A DNA stretch of 64,000 nucleotides from positions 384,001-448,000 of the forward strand of contig CAWBZI010000001.1 in assembly GCA_963793265.1 (NCBI GenBank), read 5' to 3'. This document shows positions 30,857-41,527 of this stretch, in pieces (position 1 is the stretch's first letter; every line of letters begins with the position of its first letter). Below the pieces are notes generated by a model. That model ran no database searches and was not told the origin of the DNA. It saw only the letters and a program-made list of their open reading frames with translations. Both the position numbers and the translations under genes were made by a program. This DNA is from an uncultured cyanobacterium. GTDB lineage: Bacteria; Cyanobacteriota; Cyanobacteriia; Phormidesmidales; Phormidesmidaceae.

Positions 30857-31231
30857 TCATTGCCAATCGAGCACTTTTCGAATTTCATCGGCTAGCGTTA
30901 GCGGACGGAAGGGTTTGGTAAATACAGCTGCAACATGTTCTGGAGCGATTCCAGTTTGTGCTAAAGGCTGAACTTTTGCGGTCATCAAGATGGTGGGAAT
31001 AGAGGCTGATGTTGGGTCTGCTTTTAGCTTTTGCAAGGTCGTCTTGCCATCCATTTCTGGCATCATCATATCTAGCAAGATGACGTCGGGTGTTTGGCTC
31101 TGAGCGATCGCAACCGCCTCTTTCCCAGAACTGGCCTGAAGCAGCGTCCAGTCAGTCTTCATCTGTAGCGCTAGAACAGCGATCGCCCGCGCATCATCTT
31201 CATCATCAACAATCAATACGGTTTTAGACAT
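30857..31231 (-). CDS. Single-domain response regulator
   Basis: LIVDDE, ILLDMMMPEMDG, TAK, KPF. Confidence 0.93.
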   Translation of the reverse strand: MSKTVLIVDDEDDARAIAVLALQMKTDWTLLQASSGKEAVAIAQSQTPDVILLDMMMPEMDGKTTLQKLKADPTSASIPTILMTAKVQPLAQTGIAPEHVAAVFTKPFRPLTLADEIRKVLDWQ

Positions 31232-31249
31232 GGCACCTTACCTGCTAAC

Positions 31250-32794
31250 TCAATGAGTAGGAAGAAGGACATGGAATGTGCTGCCCTTGTTCAATTTACT
31301 TTCTGCCCATATTTGTCCTCCATGTTGCTGAAGAATTTTACGACAAATGGCAAGCCCCAGTCCTGTGCCTCCCTTTTTTCGAGAGTCGGATGCGTCAACC
31401 TGTTGAAATCTCTCGAAAATGGTTTCTAGCTGAGCTTGCGGGATGCCTCTACCCTGGTCGCTAACGGTGATATGTAGAGTGGGGATAGCTGAGTCTGACT
31501 CTGAAGGTTCTAAGACTGCTGTCATCAAAACGGTTCCTCCGGCAGCAGAGAACTTGATAGCGTTGCTGAGTAGATTGGTCAGGGTTTGGAGGATGCGATC
31601 GCAATCTACATGCACCGGCACTGACTCGGCATTAACCTGCAAACTGACCTCCATCTTGTCTGCCATGGCCTGCATCGCTGCAACAGCTTGAGTGCAGAGC
31701 GTATTGATATTGCAGTTGGAGCGCTTAAGCTCAATTTCACCGATCTTGAGCCGCTCTAAATCGAGGATATCGTTGACTAACCGGATCAAACGCTCTGCGT
31801 TAGTTGTCGCCATCGAGAGAATTTGCTGGCCCTGATCGGAAAGATCGCCCAGTTCTCCAGAGCTGAGTAGATCGAGTGCGCCAACTAGCGAATGCATTGG
31901 CGTACGAAGTTCGTGACTTACCACAGAGATAAACTCATTTTCCAGACGTTTCCTTTCTGTGATGTCGTTGATGGTTGTCAGCGCACAAGATTTCTCGTTT
32001 AGCGCGATCTGTTCTATAGAAACGAGTACGGTACGCGAGTCGCCCTGCTGCGTTCTACAGTCGAGTTCTATACTGCTACAGGGTTTTCCTGCCGCGACTT
32101 GCACTAGCGCTTTTTGATAGAGCACAGGCTCTTGCCATAAATTGAGTTCGGAGGTGGTTTTGCCGAGTACGTCCGGCTCTGAGTAGCCGGTTAGTCTTAA
32201 AAAGCTGGGATTTACGGCAACGAAGGTATCGCTGCGTAGCCTGTTGATAATAATGGGACTGGGGCTGGCTAAGAAAGCCGTTTCGAAGGTTTCTTCAGCG
32301 CGGCGACGTTCGTCAATCTCTCTTTGTAGTCGTAGGGTTTGGGCCTCTTGTTGCTGTTGCAGTCGGTGCAGGGTTAGGTGGGTCTGAATGCGAACGAGAA
32401 CTTCTTCTATTTGGAAGGGTTTGGTGATGAAGTCTACGCCGCCGACGTTAAAGGCTTTGACTTTATCGACGACATCTCCTAAGGCGCTGATGAAAATGAC
32501 GGGGATGTTGCGGGTGACCTCGTGGTGCTTTAGCCGCTGGCAAACTTCGTAGCCGTTGAGTTCGGGCATGTTGATGTCTAGCAAGATCAGGTCTGGGGGG
32601 ACGGCGATCGCGCCTCTTAATCCCGTACTGCCTTTCGTCACGCTACGTACCTTATAGTTCCGTTCGCTCAGCATCGTAGAGAGCAGACGAAGATTTTCGG
32701 GCGTGTCGTCAATCGCTAGAATATCGGCTCTAGCAGACTTGGCCGAAGGATCTTCTACGGATGTAGGCTCTGTTGTTGCTGTCGTTTCAGACAT
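31250..32794 (-). CDS. Hybrid histidine kinase (REC-PAS-HisKA-HATPase)
   Basis: LAIDD/LLDINMP; SHELRTP; NLLSNAIKF, DQGRG, GTGLGL. Confidence 0.92.
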   Translation of the reverse strand: MSETTATTEPTSVEDPSAKSARADILAIDDTPENLRLLSTMLSERNYKVRSVTKGSTGLRGAIAVPPDLILLDINMPELNGYEVCQRLKHHEVTRNIPVIFISALGDVVDKVKAFNVGGVDFITKPFQIEEVLVRIQTHLTLHRLQQQQEAQTLRLQREIDERRRAEETFETAFLASPSPIIINRLRSDTFVAVNPSFLRLTGYSEPDVLGKTTSELNLWQEPVLYQKALVQVAAGKPCSSIELDCRTQQGDSRTVLVSIEQIALNEKSCALTTINDITERKRLENEFISVVSHELRTPMHSLVGALDLLSSGELGDLSDQGQQILSMATTNAERLIRLVNDILDLERLKIGEIELKRSNCNINTLCTQAVAAMQAMADKMEVSLQVNAESVPVHVDCDRILQTLTNLLSNAIKFSAAGGTVLMTAVLEPSESDSAIPTLHITVSDQGRGIPQAQLETIFERFQQVDASDSRKKGGTGLGLAICRKILQQHGGQIWAESKLNKGSTFHVLLPTH

Positions 32795-35267
32795 AGGCTT
32801 GGGTTAATTCGACAAGTTCGTCAAAGCAAAAGTTTTGAACCAGACGGGTCAGGGCCTCGGCTAAGGGTTGTTGTTCGGTGGGGATTTGGCTGATGAGCTG
32901 GTGGAGAGCTTCGGCATCGACAGCGATCACAGCCTTTTGAAGCCGCTCAATCCAGTCCGATGGCATTGCGCTTATTCTATCGGGATCTAGCGTAGGCGCG
33001 ACCTGAACATCTGAAGTGGGGACAGCAGGCTCTTCTGAGAGCGAGTTCTCTGTCTCGCCATGTCGATAAACATAGTCTACGCCCAAGTACTCTGCCATTT
33101 TTTCAAAGATGGTGTGGGTTTGAAAAGGCTTGCGAACAAAGTCATCGCAGCCGCTATTGAGTGCATTTTTGCGCTCTTTCTCAAAGGCGCTGGCAGTGAT
33201 AGCGATAATTTTGACCCGGTTGGAGGCGATCGCCTTAATCTGCTTTGTGGTCTCGTAGCCATCCATGCCAGGCATTCTCACATCCATCCAAATGAGGTGC
33301 GGCTGCCAGCTTTTGTATTGGGCGATCGCCGCTTCTCCATTACTCACGGCTCGCACCTCAAATCCAACTTGAGATAGCAGCGCTACCATCAGTTGACGGG
33401 CAGATAGAATATCTTCTACGATCAAAATTCGATAGTTTGGCTGTCCTGACGCGAGACCGATAACCTCTCCTATCGGTAAGACAGGCAGCTCTTTCGGATT
33501 GGCAGGCTTCGCGCAAATGGAGAAGGTAAAGGTAGAGCCTTCATCAACCTGGCTTTGTACGTGAATGCTGCCACCCATCATTTCGACAAAGCGCTGACTA
33601 ATGGCAAGTCCTAAGCCAGTCCCTTGCTGCGTTGTCCTCGTACTAGACGCTTGAAAGAACGGATCGAATAGATGAGTTAATGCGTCCTCCTCTATGCCAA
33701 CGCCCGTATCTTCCACCGTGAATTTAATATTGAGCGAGTCTGTTTCTGTTTTATCAGCACCTTCATTCGCAATATAGAGCGTAACCTGGCCGGTTTGCGT
33801 AAACTTGATTGAGTTCCCAACTAAATTAACCAGTACCTGCCTCAGCTTCACCTCATCTGTTTTAATAAACTGCGGCACATCATCTTCTAAGCGAACATAG
33901 AGCTGTATCGCTTTGGACTCTGCTCGCATTCTGAGCATCTCTTCTAGCGTTAATAGCATCTGGCGCAGGTCAAAGCAGACGGGGGCAAACGAGGTGCGTC
34001 CGGCCTCAATCTTCGACATTGAAAGCACGTCGTTGATGAGATTTAGGAGATGCTCGCCGCTGCGGCTGACGATGCCTAAATAGTCGTGATGGGGTGAATA
34101 GCGATCGCTATCGCGCTGTATCAACTGCGTAAATCCTAAAATCGCGTTGAGCGGCGTTCGCAGTTCGTGGCTCATATTGGCTAAAAAGTCGCTCTTGGCC
34201 TGATTCGCCGCATTTGCCTCTGCGGCTGAAACTTCTAGCTGTTTACTATAGCTTTCGATTTGTTTGCGAGAGCGGCTAAGCTGGCGGGCTAATCGGCCAA
34301 CGCCTAAGAGCAGAATGCCTGCTGCGCCTAGTCCGACCAGGACAATGGTTGTGGCTAAATTTCGGGCAGGGCCAAAGGCTTCCGTCTCGCTCATTTCGGC
34401 CAGCAGCGCGATGTCTTGTCCATCGAGCCAGCGATAGACGCCAATCACGGGTTCACCGGCATAGTTGTTGTAGATACCCTGGTCGTCTAGTCCGTTAAAC
34501 GCGGCAGTAATGCCTTCGCTCTGCGGGCCTTCTGACAAGTCCAGAGCAGTATCGCGTTGAGACAAGAAAGCTTTCCGGTTCGACAGGGAACCGACTAAAT
34601 AAGTCTCTCCTGTTTTGTCTGGGCCGGTTCTCTCGGAGACAATATCGTCAATGCGCTTGAGATTTAAGGTGGCTAAGAGCGTTCCCTGTCGGTTGCCCTG
34701 GTCATCGTAGATTTTAGTGGCGTAGGTGATGGCGGGTCTCCCTGTCTTAGGAGAGAGGTAAAAGTTTGGCGAGAAGTCTTCGCCTTTAATAACGCTGCTC
34801 AGCTCGGTCAGGTTGGAAGACATTTCATATTTGCCTTCTCTGCCGGGGTCAGTAGAGAGAACAATTTGGTTTGCTTTGTTTTGAATCGAGATCTCAGTGA
34901 ACTTTGGTTTGGTCTCTTGAACGCCTGCTAAGTATTCTGAGAGTCTTTGGTCTGCGCCTTGTAGTGTCTGCTCGTCGGTAGATTTAGAGAGCAGCGCCTG
35001 CATATCGCGAGTTACCGTAGGGAACTGAGCAATCAGCAAGAAGTCTTCTTCGCAGGATTCTAGCCAGCGCACAATCTCTTTTTGCTTTAGCGTGGCTGTC
35101 ATACTCAGGCGGTCGTATGCAGCGTCTTTTAGCGCGATGCGACCGCAGATGTAGGCGACTGCGCCCACCATGGAGACTGTCAGGAGGGCAAGGCCTAGAA
35201 AAGAGCGAGCAACGCGGCGCGTGAAGCCGGATGACGGTTGACTAGCGATCGCCGATGATTTGCTCAT
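32787..35267 (-). CDS. Membrane hybrid histidine kinase (Cache-like periplasmic domain, HisKA-HATPase-REC)
   Basis: Two TM segments flanking a sensor region (YNNYAGEPVIGVYRWL); MSHELRTP; NLVGNSIKF; IWMDVRMP. Confidence 0.9.
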   Translation of the reverse strand: MSKSSAIASQPSSGFTRRVARSFLGLALLTVSMVGAVAYICGRIALKDAAYDRLSMTATLKQKEIVRWLESCEEDFLLIAQFPTVTRDMQALLSKSTDEQTLQGADQRLSEYLAGVQETKPKFTEISIQNKANQIVLSTDPGREGKYEMSSNLTELSSVIKGEDFSPNFYLSPKTGRPAITYATKIYDDQGNRQGTLLATLNLKRIDDIVSERTGPDKTGETYLVGSLSNRKAFLSQRDTALDLSEGPQSEGITAAFNGLDDQGIYNNYAGEPVIGVYRWLDGQDIALLAEMSETEAFGPARNLATTIVLVGLGAAGILLLGVGRLARQLSRSRKQIESYSKQLEVSAAEANAANQAKSDFLANMSHELRTPLNAILGFTQLIQRDSDRYSPHHDYLGIVSRSGEHLLNLINDVLSMSKIEAGRTSFAPVCFDLRQMLLTLEEMLRMRAESKAIQLYVRLEDDVPQFIKTDEVKLRQVLVNLVGNSIKFTQTGQVTLYIANEGADKTETDSLNIKFTVEDTGVGIEEDALTHLFDPFFQASSTRTTQQGTGLGLAISQRFVEMMGGSIHVQSQVDEGSTFTFSICAKPANPKELPVLPIGEVIGLASGQPNYRILIVEDILSARQLMVALLSQVGFEVRAVSNGEAAIAQYKSWQPHLIWMDVRMPGMDGYETTKQIKAIASNRVKIIAITASAFEKERKNALNSGCDDFVRKPFQTHTIFEKMAEYLGVDYVYRHGETENSLSEEPAVPTSDVQVAPTLDPDRISAMPSDWIERLQKAVIAVDAEALHQLISQIPTEQQPLAEALTRLVQNFCFDELVELTQAYV

Positions 35268-36678
35268 GACTGCTCGCGGAAAATAGTTTTGATTTGGACG
35301 ATCGCCTCATCTGCTGCGTCCTCAGCACTCATCCCCTCAGTCACCATGCGATGAATCACATCGCCCCACACGTTCTGTTCCATCACCTCGCCGTAGTCCG
35401 GATCGAACACGTTTTGAAAAGGCTGAATCTGTCCATCCGTGACTGTTTTTACCACCGTAGAGACGTGAGGGTCTGCTGAGTTTTGCCAGAAGTCATCCGC
35501 TTCTATTTGGCTGATGGCAGGCGGCATATACCGTCCGTAAGAAGTTTCTAGAAAGTCGCTGAGTACTTCAGGCTGCGTGAGATAGGCGAGAAAGTCCTTA
35601 GCTGCCTGCAGGTTCGGCGCATCGTTAAACACCACGGCCTGGCGGATGCTGACAAAGTGGGGTAGCGGCTCGCCGTTCAGCTTGTTTGGAAACTCGACCG
35701 TGCCCAGTTTCTTCAAATAGATGTCATCGTCGTTACGGACGGCAGCAGGAATAGAGAGTGTTGGATTTGGCGTCATCACTACATTGCGATCTAGCAAGTT
35801 CCGATTGTTCTCTGGGTCTAACCAATTTGCTGCATCTTCGGGCACGTAGCCCTCTTCGTAGAACTGTACGTACCAGCGCAAGGCTTCTACGATACCTGCC
35901 CGAACTTCAGGAGATTGCCAACGAACAGCTTGCCCTGCTCGTCTATAAGGACGACATCGCGAGCAGACAGCACATGCTCAAAAACATGGTACGTATCCAG
36001 GGCATCTACCGAGTAGGGCAAGCCAATGCTACGCAAGTCTGGATAGGTTTCGCTCAGGTTGTCTTGAACCGTTTTCCAAAACGCCCAGAAGGCATCCCAT
36101 TCGGTCGGGATATCCGCTGGACTGTATCCAGCTTCTTTCAAAAGATCTTTCCAGTAGTAGATATGAGTCGTCGACTGGGTGAGCGGCACTGCGTAGTAGC
36201 GATCTTTTGCTCTTTGGCTGCCGTAGATTTTCGCTGATTGTAGCGCGGTTTTGGTGTAGCTATCGGCCAGTGGCATGACGACATCCGTCACATCGGCAAA
36301 CTTTCCGTCCCATTCTGAAACTGGATAGACCGACTTGGCGGCAAAGAGAATATCAGGCATGGTGCCTGCTTTGCTAGATCTGAGCGTTTTAGGCGCAATC
36401 TCACCAGAATTATAAAAAGAAAGATCGATGGAAACACCGCTTTGGGCTTCCCAATCACTCACGACTTTTTGAATGGCTTCGTCCTCTTCGGTGACGTAGC
36501 CTTTGTCCCACAGAATCGTGAGAGACTTCGAGGCTGCGCTCGGCTCGGCTGACTTTTTTGCACTGGTTGGCACGCTTGCCTGAGGATTAGTGGAACAGGC
36601 TACTATCAACAGCACTAGGAAAGACATCAGACTGTAGCGACTATTCTTAAAGTATCTTGTCAAAAGTACTTTCACCAT
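35264..36678 (-). pseudogene. ABC-type solute-binding lipoprotein split by a frameshift
   Basis: LIVAC lipobox, YYAVP..YWKDLLKEAG; reading continues in another frame near 35905-35920 as PEVRAGIVEALRWY and on to AKDFLAYL. Confidence 0.78.
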
Positions 36679-36827
36679 CTTCGGAGCGTCGCAGCTGAAA
36701 AATGACCGATCTGTACCGAAAGTATACCGAATGGTTTTCGTTTTCTGCGGATCTAAACATCTCGTCTATATTCGCCCGATCGCTCGAACTGGTAACGTAG
36801 CTATTAGAAAGTCATGCTATGTAGGGC

Positions 36828-38876
36828 TTATTCAAGGGTCGCATCCATGGCTGCATATGCGCCTTGGTACAAGGCTTTCAAAGTATTTTCCTGTTTAGAT
36901 GAGCTGGTTATACCTACTGCATATTGGGCTTGAAACCGCTCCTTCAAGCTAGGGCAATCTGCGTTAGCTGATGATGGAAATATGCGCTGTCGGAACGTTT
37001 TAAGTAAGGGCGCGATCGCCTCTTTAGCCGCTTGCCCTGAAGTGCCCGAAAATCCAATAACAAAGTCACCACTACCCCAGTAGCTGGCGATCGCCTGCCA
37101 TGCTCTAGAACGATTAACGTCCTCCTGCCAAAGTCGAATATCGTTCCCCCAAACGCTGAGTACCTCGTGTCCTACAGCATGTCCGTAATCTAAGTTAATC
37201 TGACCTAAGTTCTCTAGCCGAACAAGTACAAAAGTATAGGGTGTTTCCTTCGTTCTAAGTGCTTGGAACCTTTGTTGAAACTGAGTCTGATTCGCTAATC
37301 CTGTTTGGCTATCTCGGCTAGAGAGCGTTTTTAGCAGGCGAGCGCGTTCTAGTCGATTAGAAATACGAGTAATTAGCTCTGGGCCGACTACAGGCTTTAC
37401 GACATAGTCGTCTGCGCCCGCCGCAAACACTGCGCTAGCTGCGTTTTGCCGACTGGTTAAGAACAGAATGGGTAAGCTTTGCCAGCGATCGTCCTCGCGA
37501 GTTTCGCTGCGAATTTCCTGACAAAGCTCAATTCCGTTGATGTCTGGCATCTCAATATCCAGAATGAGTAGCTCTGGCTGCGAGCTTGCTAGCGTTGGCC
37601 AAAACTGTTTTGGATCGCTCAGCGTTGTGACCGACAGGCCCCAGGGTTCTAGCATTGGCGGTAAGGTACTCAGAAAAGCTGGATCGTCATCTACGGCAAG
37701 GATGACTGTTTTTTCTGAGCTTTTCTGAACAGTTGCAGAAATAATTGTCTTGGTAGGTTGTGGATCCTTAAGGCTCAAAATTCCCTTTAGCCGATCTACT
37801 AAAGGGGAAATAGAGTCGGGCGCTAGCGTGGCTTTCTCATTCAGTAGACAGTCTTCTAAGGTTCTTGCAATTTGCGTGCCTGCTTCTTTCCCAAACATGC
37901 CAAGGACACCTGCAAGCTTGTGCGCTGCCTTGGCGGCAGACTGACGCGTCTGGATGGTTAGGTTGCCTTGTTGAAGGGTGGCTTCTGCTTTCTGGATTTG
38001 GATAAGGCGATCGCGTATCGTCTCTTGATGCTGCGCCCACAGGTCTGCCATAGCCTGGTCAAACTGCTGCTCTACAGACGTTGCAGTCTCAGTTTCTCTA
38101 GTCTCCTGCGCAGGCGTTATAGAACTGCTGTCAGACTTCTTTTCTGCTTGAATATCTACCCGCTTCAGGTTGTCTTGGGACTTTGCGGCTAGTACCCCAT
38201 AGTCAATCTTTGGACTTAGCTTGTATCCTAGTCCATACACATTCTCAATCCAACCGTCTGCACCTGCTTTTTTAAGGCGTCGTCGCAGTCCCTTTATATG
38301 GGCTTTCACACTGTCTTCTAAAGGTGGATCGTCAAATGTCCAGAGATGTTCAATAATTTGCCCGCGACTAAATACGCGAGTTGGATTGCGTAAAAACAGC
38401 TCTAACAAACTGTATTCCTTCGGCGTTAGCTTTAGCGGTTTATCCGCATAGGTCACCTCACAGCTGGCTGGATCTAACCGTAGCTGACCAATCTCTAATA
38501 GGATGGAAGGCAAGACCTCGCCGCGACGCAGCAACGCCCGCAGCCGAGCCTGAAGCTCGCCAATGTCCAGTGGCTTCGTCAAATAATCGTCAGCGCCTGC
38601 ATCTAAGCCGCGAATCTTCTCGTCGGGCACATCTTTCGCTGTCATTAGCAGAATAGGTGTTGCATTCCCACAATTACGCAGCTCTTTGCAGAGGCTAATA
38701 CCATCTAGGCGAGGCAGTCCTACGTCTATCAGCAGTAAATCGTAAGTGCCTTCTTCTGCATACTCTAGTCCAAACCGTCCGTCTGCCACCGTATCGACGG
38801 AATAACGCTGTTTCTGAAGTGCGTCTACTAATACATCTGTCAAAACTTCGTCGTCTTCAATCAACAGAATTCGCAT
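36828..38876 (-). CDS. Multidomain regulator (REC-winged helix-Hpt-REC-degenerate GGDEF)
   Basis: OmpR-type N-half (LTPKEY, VYGLGY); AHKLAG Hpt histidine; second REC; DSQTGLAN..YWGSGDF. Confidence 0.88.
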   Translation of the reverse strand: MRILLIEDDEVLTDVLVDALQKQRYSVDTVADGRFGLEYAEEGTYDLLLIDVGLPRLDGISLCKELRNCGNATPILLMTAKDVPDEKIRGLDAGADDYLTKPLDIGELQARLRALLRRGEVLPSILLEIGQLRLDPASCEVTYADKPLKLTPKEYSLLELFLRNPTRVFSRGQIIEHLWTFDDPPLEDSVKAHIKGLRRRLKKAGADGWIENVYGLGYKLSPKIDYGVLAAKSQDNLKRVDIQAEKKSDSSSITPAQETRETETATSVEQQFDQAMADLWAQHQETIRDRLIQIQKAEATLQQGNLTIQTRQSAAKAAHKLAGVLGMFGKEAGTQIARTLEDCLLNEKATLAPDSISPLVDRLKGILSLKDPQPTKTIISATVQKSSEKTVILAVDDDPAFLSTLPPMLEPWGLSVTTLSDPKQFWPTLASSQPELLILDIEMPDINGIELCQEIRSETREDDRWQSLPILFLTSRQNAASAVFAAGADDYVVKPVVGPELITRISNRLERARLLKTLSSRDSQTGLANQTQFQQRFQALRTKETPYTFVLVRLENLGQINLDYGHAVGHEVLSVWGNDIRLWQEDVNRSRAWQAIASYWGSGDFVIGFSGTSGQAAKEAIAPLLKTFRQRIFPSSANADCPSLKERFQAQYAVGITSSSKQENTLKALYQGAYAAMDATLE

Positions 38877-39042
38877 TGCCTTACGTCCTCTAATCCCTCT
38901 CAACTATCCTTCGATAACCTCTTTAACTATTAGCAGCATCTTGTCTCAATCGAGTATTTTTTTGTTCCCGACTTCTTCTCTATAGGCTTTTATATTCAAA
39001 GTGTGGAGCGAAAGAAAACGGCGAAGCGCTTTTGCATGAAGA

Positions 39043-39414
39043 GTCATACGCTTCTCAAAAACAGTCTTTCGGTGAAGATACGGCGATAGCAGTCGTTATT
39101 CAAACAAAAAAATTGCCGACCTGAACGACGAAAGTCAGATTGAAGTCTTTGCAGGGTAGGTCTGCTAGCGTTCGTTCGTAGCGGCTAGGGACACACTGCG
39201 TTGTTTGACCACATGTCGGGTAAGGGACAGTAGTTGGATTAGAAGAAAGATGCATGACGAAGTACGCTGCTGACTCGTCTATCTCATAGTTATTTAGATG
39301 GAGAAAGTTGACTCTGGTTAGGAGGCGTTCTAGAAGTCGCGTAGCTAACTACCAAAGCGGTTGCTCCTTCTAGTCTCTACCTCTTTTACCAATCGCCAAA
39401 AGTTGGGAAGACCC
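39043..39414 (-). mobile_element. Degenerate ISL3-family relic (one end plus 5' transposase fragment)
   Basis: Minus-strand translation PTCGQ..SRYERTLADLPC..FF/CLNNDCYRRIFTERL with a frameshift; GGTCTT-type end near 39414; not in the ORF track. Confidence 0.75.
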
Positions 39415-39804
39415 CCATGTGGTTGACATCTGACAAGCGTCAGCGGAGCAGGGTTCTTATGGGGTGTGAGAACGTCAAGACCAAACTCTCTCAGTGAGAC
39501 AAATCTGCGTTCATGCTCATCGACCTAGATAGGCCCAATGTCCTTCAATCAATACGCCCATAAAGAGCAGCTAAGTGAAAAACATTAACTCTACCTATAG
39601 CCATACTCAACCATGCTAAGAGCTTCAGAGATCGCTTTGTCCTTAGCACTGACTCCTTACCTCATAACGAACCCCAAAAAGACTGAAAACAGTGCCTGAA
39701 TGAGTAGAAATACTTACAAAAGTTGCCTTGAAAGCAATTTCATAATACAACCCTTGCAAAGTCTGAAAACCTTTCAGGAAAGGAGATACATTGAATTATT
39801 AGAA

Positions 39805-39877
39805 AGCTGGTGATCCGACTCGAACGGACGACCGGCTGATTACAAATCAGCTGCTCTACCAACTGAGCTACACCAGC
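39805..39877 (-). tRNA. tRNA-Thr(TGT)
   Basis: GCTGGTG acceptor stem, TAGCTCAGTTGGTAGAGC D arm, GCTGA-TTTGTAA-TCAGC anticodon arm, GTTCGAGTC T loop; CCA not encoded. Confidence 0.96.
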
Positions 39878-40038
39878 GTTGTGTTTAACCCTCTAATAGC
39901 TGACCAGTCAAAGGCCGGCTGCTTATCTGAGGAATTTGATTATATCAGAGGTTGCAGACACTTGGGAAAAAGAATTTGCGGCGTAGATCGCAAAGCAGAT
40001 CGCCTACAGATCTACGCCCCTAAAAGCAAGGGCAGGCC

Positions 40039-40686
40039 CTACGCCTTATTATTCTCTACCGCCCACCGCGCCAGCTCTGTGCGGTTGTGCAATCCGGTTT
40101 TGCCCAGCATATTGCTTACATGGCTCTCAATCGTCCGCTGGCTCACCTTCAGCTCCTCGGCAATCTGGCGGTTTGCCATGCCCCGAGCCACAAACTGCAC
40201 CACCTTCAGCTCAGTCGGCGTTAGCTCCACATCAAACGGCACCTGAATGGTGGGAATGGAGTTTGGCCCTTTGTTTTGATGATGAATTAGGCGAGTTGCC
40301 TGCTTTAGCGATGACTCCACCTGAGCAACCAGTTCTTCTGGCTCAAACGGCTTCACCATATACACATCAGCCCCAGTCGTAAGGCCCTTTACGCGATCCT
40401 GGCTCTGGCCTTTGGCCGAGAGGAAAAGGATCGGAATCCAGCTCTTGCCCGGATCCTGGCGAACCTGCTCTACAAACGCGTAGCCGTCCATCTCGGGCAT
40501 CATCACGTCGCAAATAATCATGTCGGGAGACAAATCGGTGAGCGCAGCAAGTGCCTCTCGACCATTGCCCGCTGTGACCACCTGATAGCCTCGGAACTCT
40601 AGATAGTCTTTTACTAGCAGGATGAGATTGGGGTCATCATCAATGAGTAAGAGCTTCTTCTGTTCCCCTGTATTACCTTCTTTCAT
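40039..40686 (-). CDS. NarL/LuxR-family response regulator (Rre1/Ycf29-like)
   Basis: LLLIDDDPNLILLVKDYLEFRGY; LTPTE..GMANRQIA..TIESHVSNML. Confidence 0.9.
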   Translation of the reverse strand: MKEGNTGEQKKLLLIDDDPNLILLVKDYLEFRGYQVVTAGNGREALAALTDLSPDMIICDVMMPEMDGYAFVEQVRQDPGKSWIPILFLSAKGQSQDRVKGLTTGADVYMVKPFEPEELVAQVESSLKQATRLIHHQNKGPNSIPTIQVPFDVELTPTELKVVQFVARGMANRQIAEELKVSQRTIESHVSNMLGKTGLHNRTELARWAVENNKA

Positions 40687-40994
40687 GCCGTATGTTCGCT
40701 CGCAAATGTCTAGCGGGAAAATCTTTGTACTAAATAGATAGAAATCAGTCGCTTTCTCGTGTGCGCTCACTGGTTACCCTACGGTAAAGATACGTAAAGA
40801 CAACGTTGAATCAGGTAGCTGCAAGAGAAATTGACGTAATTGGCCGTTAACCGACACCTAAAATGATGCAACCTTCATCAAACCAGATGGATTTGATAGA
40901 AGCTTACGCTAGGGATGAATACCGATTGACATATCAAGTATTCCCAAAATATCAATAACATCACCCACTCTATATGGAGGTACGTAAGTAAGCG

Positions 40995-41405
40995 TTAATC
41001 GGTTGCCTTGGGTAGGGGATGCTGCAAAAACATATAGTCTGAGACAACTTTTCCTCCGATCAAATGCTCCTGAATAATGCGTTCTATAACCTCAGGCGTG
41101 GCGCTGTGATACCAAACACCGTCCGGGTAAACCAGTAGAATTGGCCCTTTTTGACAAACGCGAAGGCAGTTGGCCTTTGTCCTAAAAATAAAGGTCGAGC
41201 GCTCTTTGACAGGAATATCTAACTTCAACGTTTTTAAGCGCTTCTTTAGATAGTTCCAGGCCGCTAAGCTCTGTGCTTTATCACAGCATTTTGGGACGGT
41301 TTGATCGGCACAAATAAAAACATGTCTCTGTATATCAGCTAAAGAAAGCGCAGTGACGCTCTTTTGGAGAGCGCTTACATTTGGTTCAAACTGATCAGAT
41401 GACAT
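40995..41405 (-). CDS. Thioredoxin-like 2Fe-2S ferredoxin
   Basis: [27 protein letters not shown]. Confidence 0.88.
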   Translation of the reverse strand: MSSDQFEPNVSALQKSVTALSLADIQRHVFICADQTVPKCCDKAQSLAAWNYLKKRLKTLKLDIPVKERSTFIFRTKANCLRVCQKGPILLVYPDGVWYHSATPEVIERIIQEHLIGGKVVSDYMFLQHPLPKATD

Positions 41406-41527
41406 ATCAATTGCACTAGGTAGACATTAAAGAGCAAACCTTTACGTACAATCAATGATCGCTATCACAGTACGTAGGTATCAAATAATACCGATTGGCT
41501 AGCTGTAAAACTACGGGAGGACTTCAC

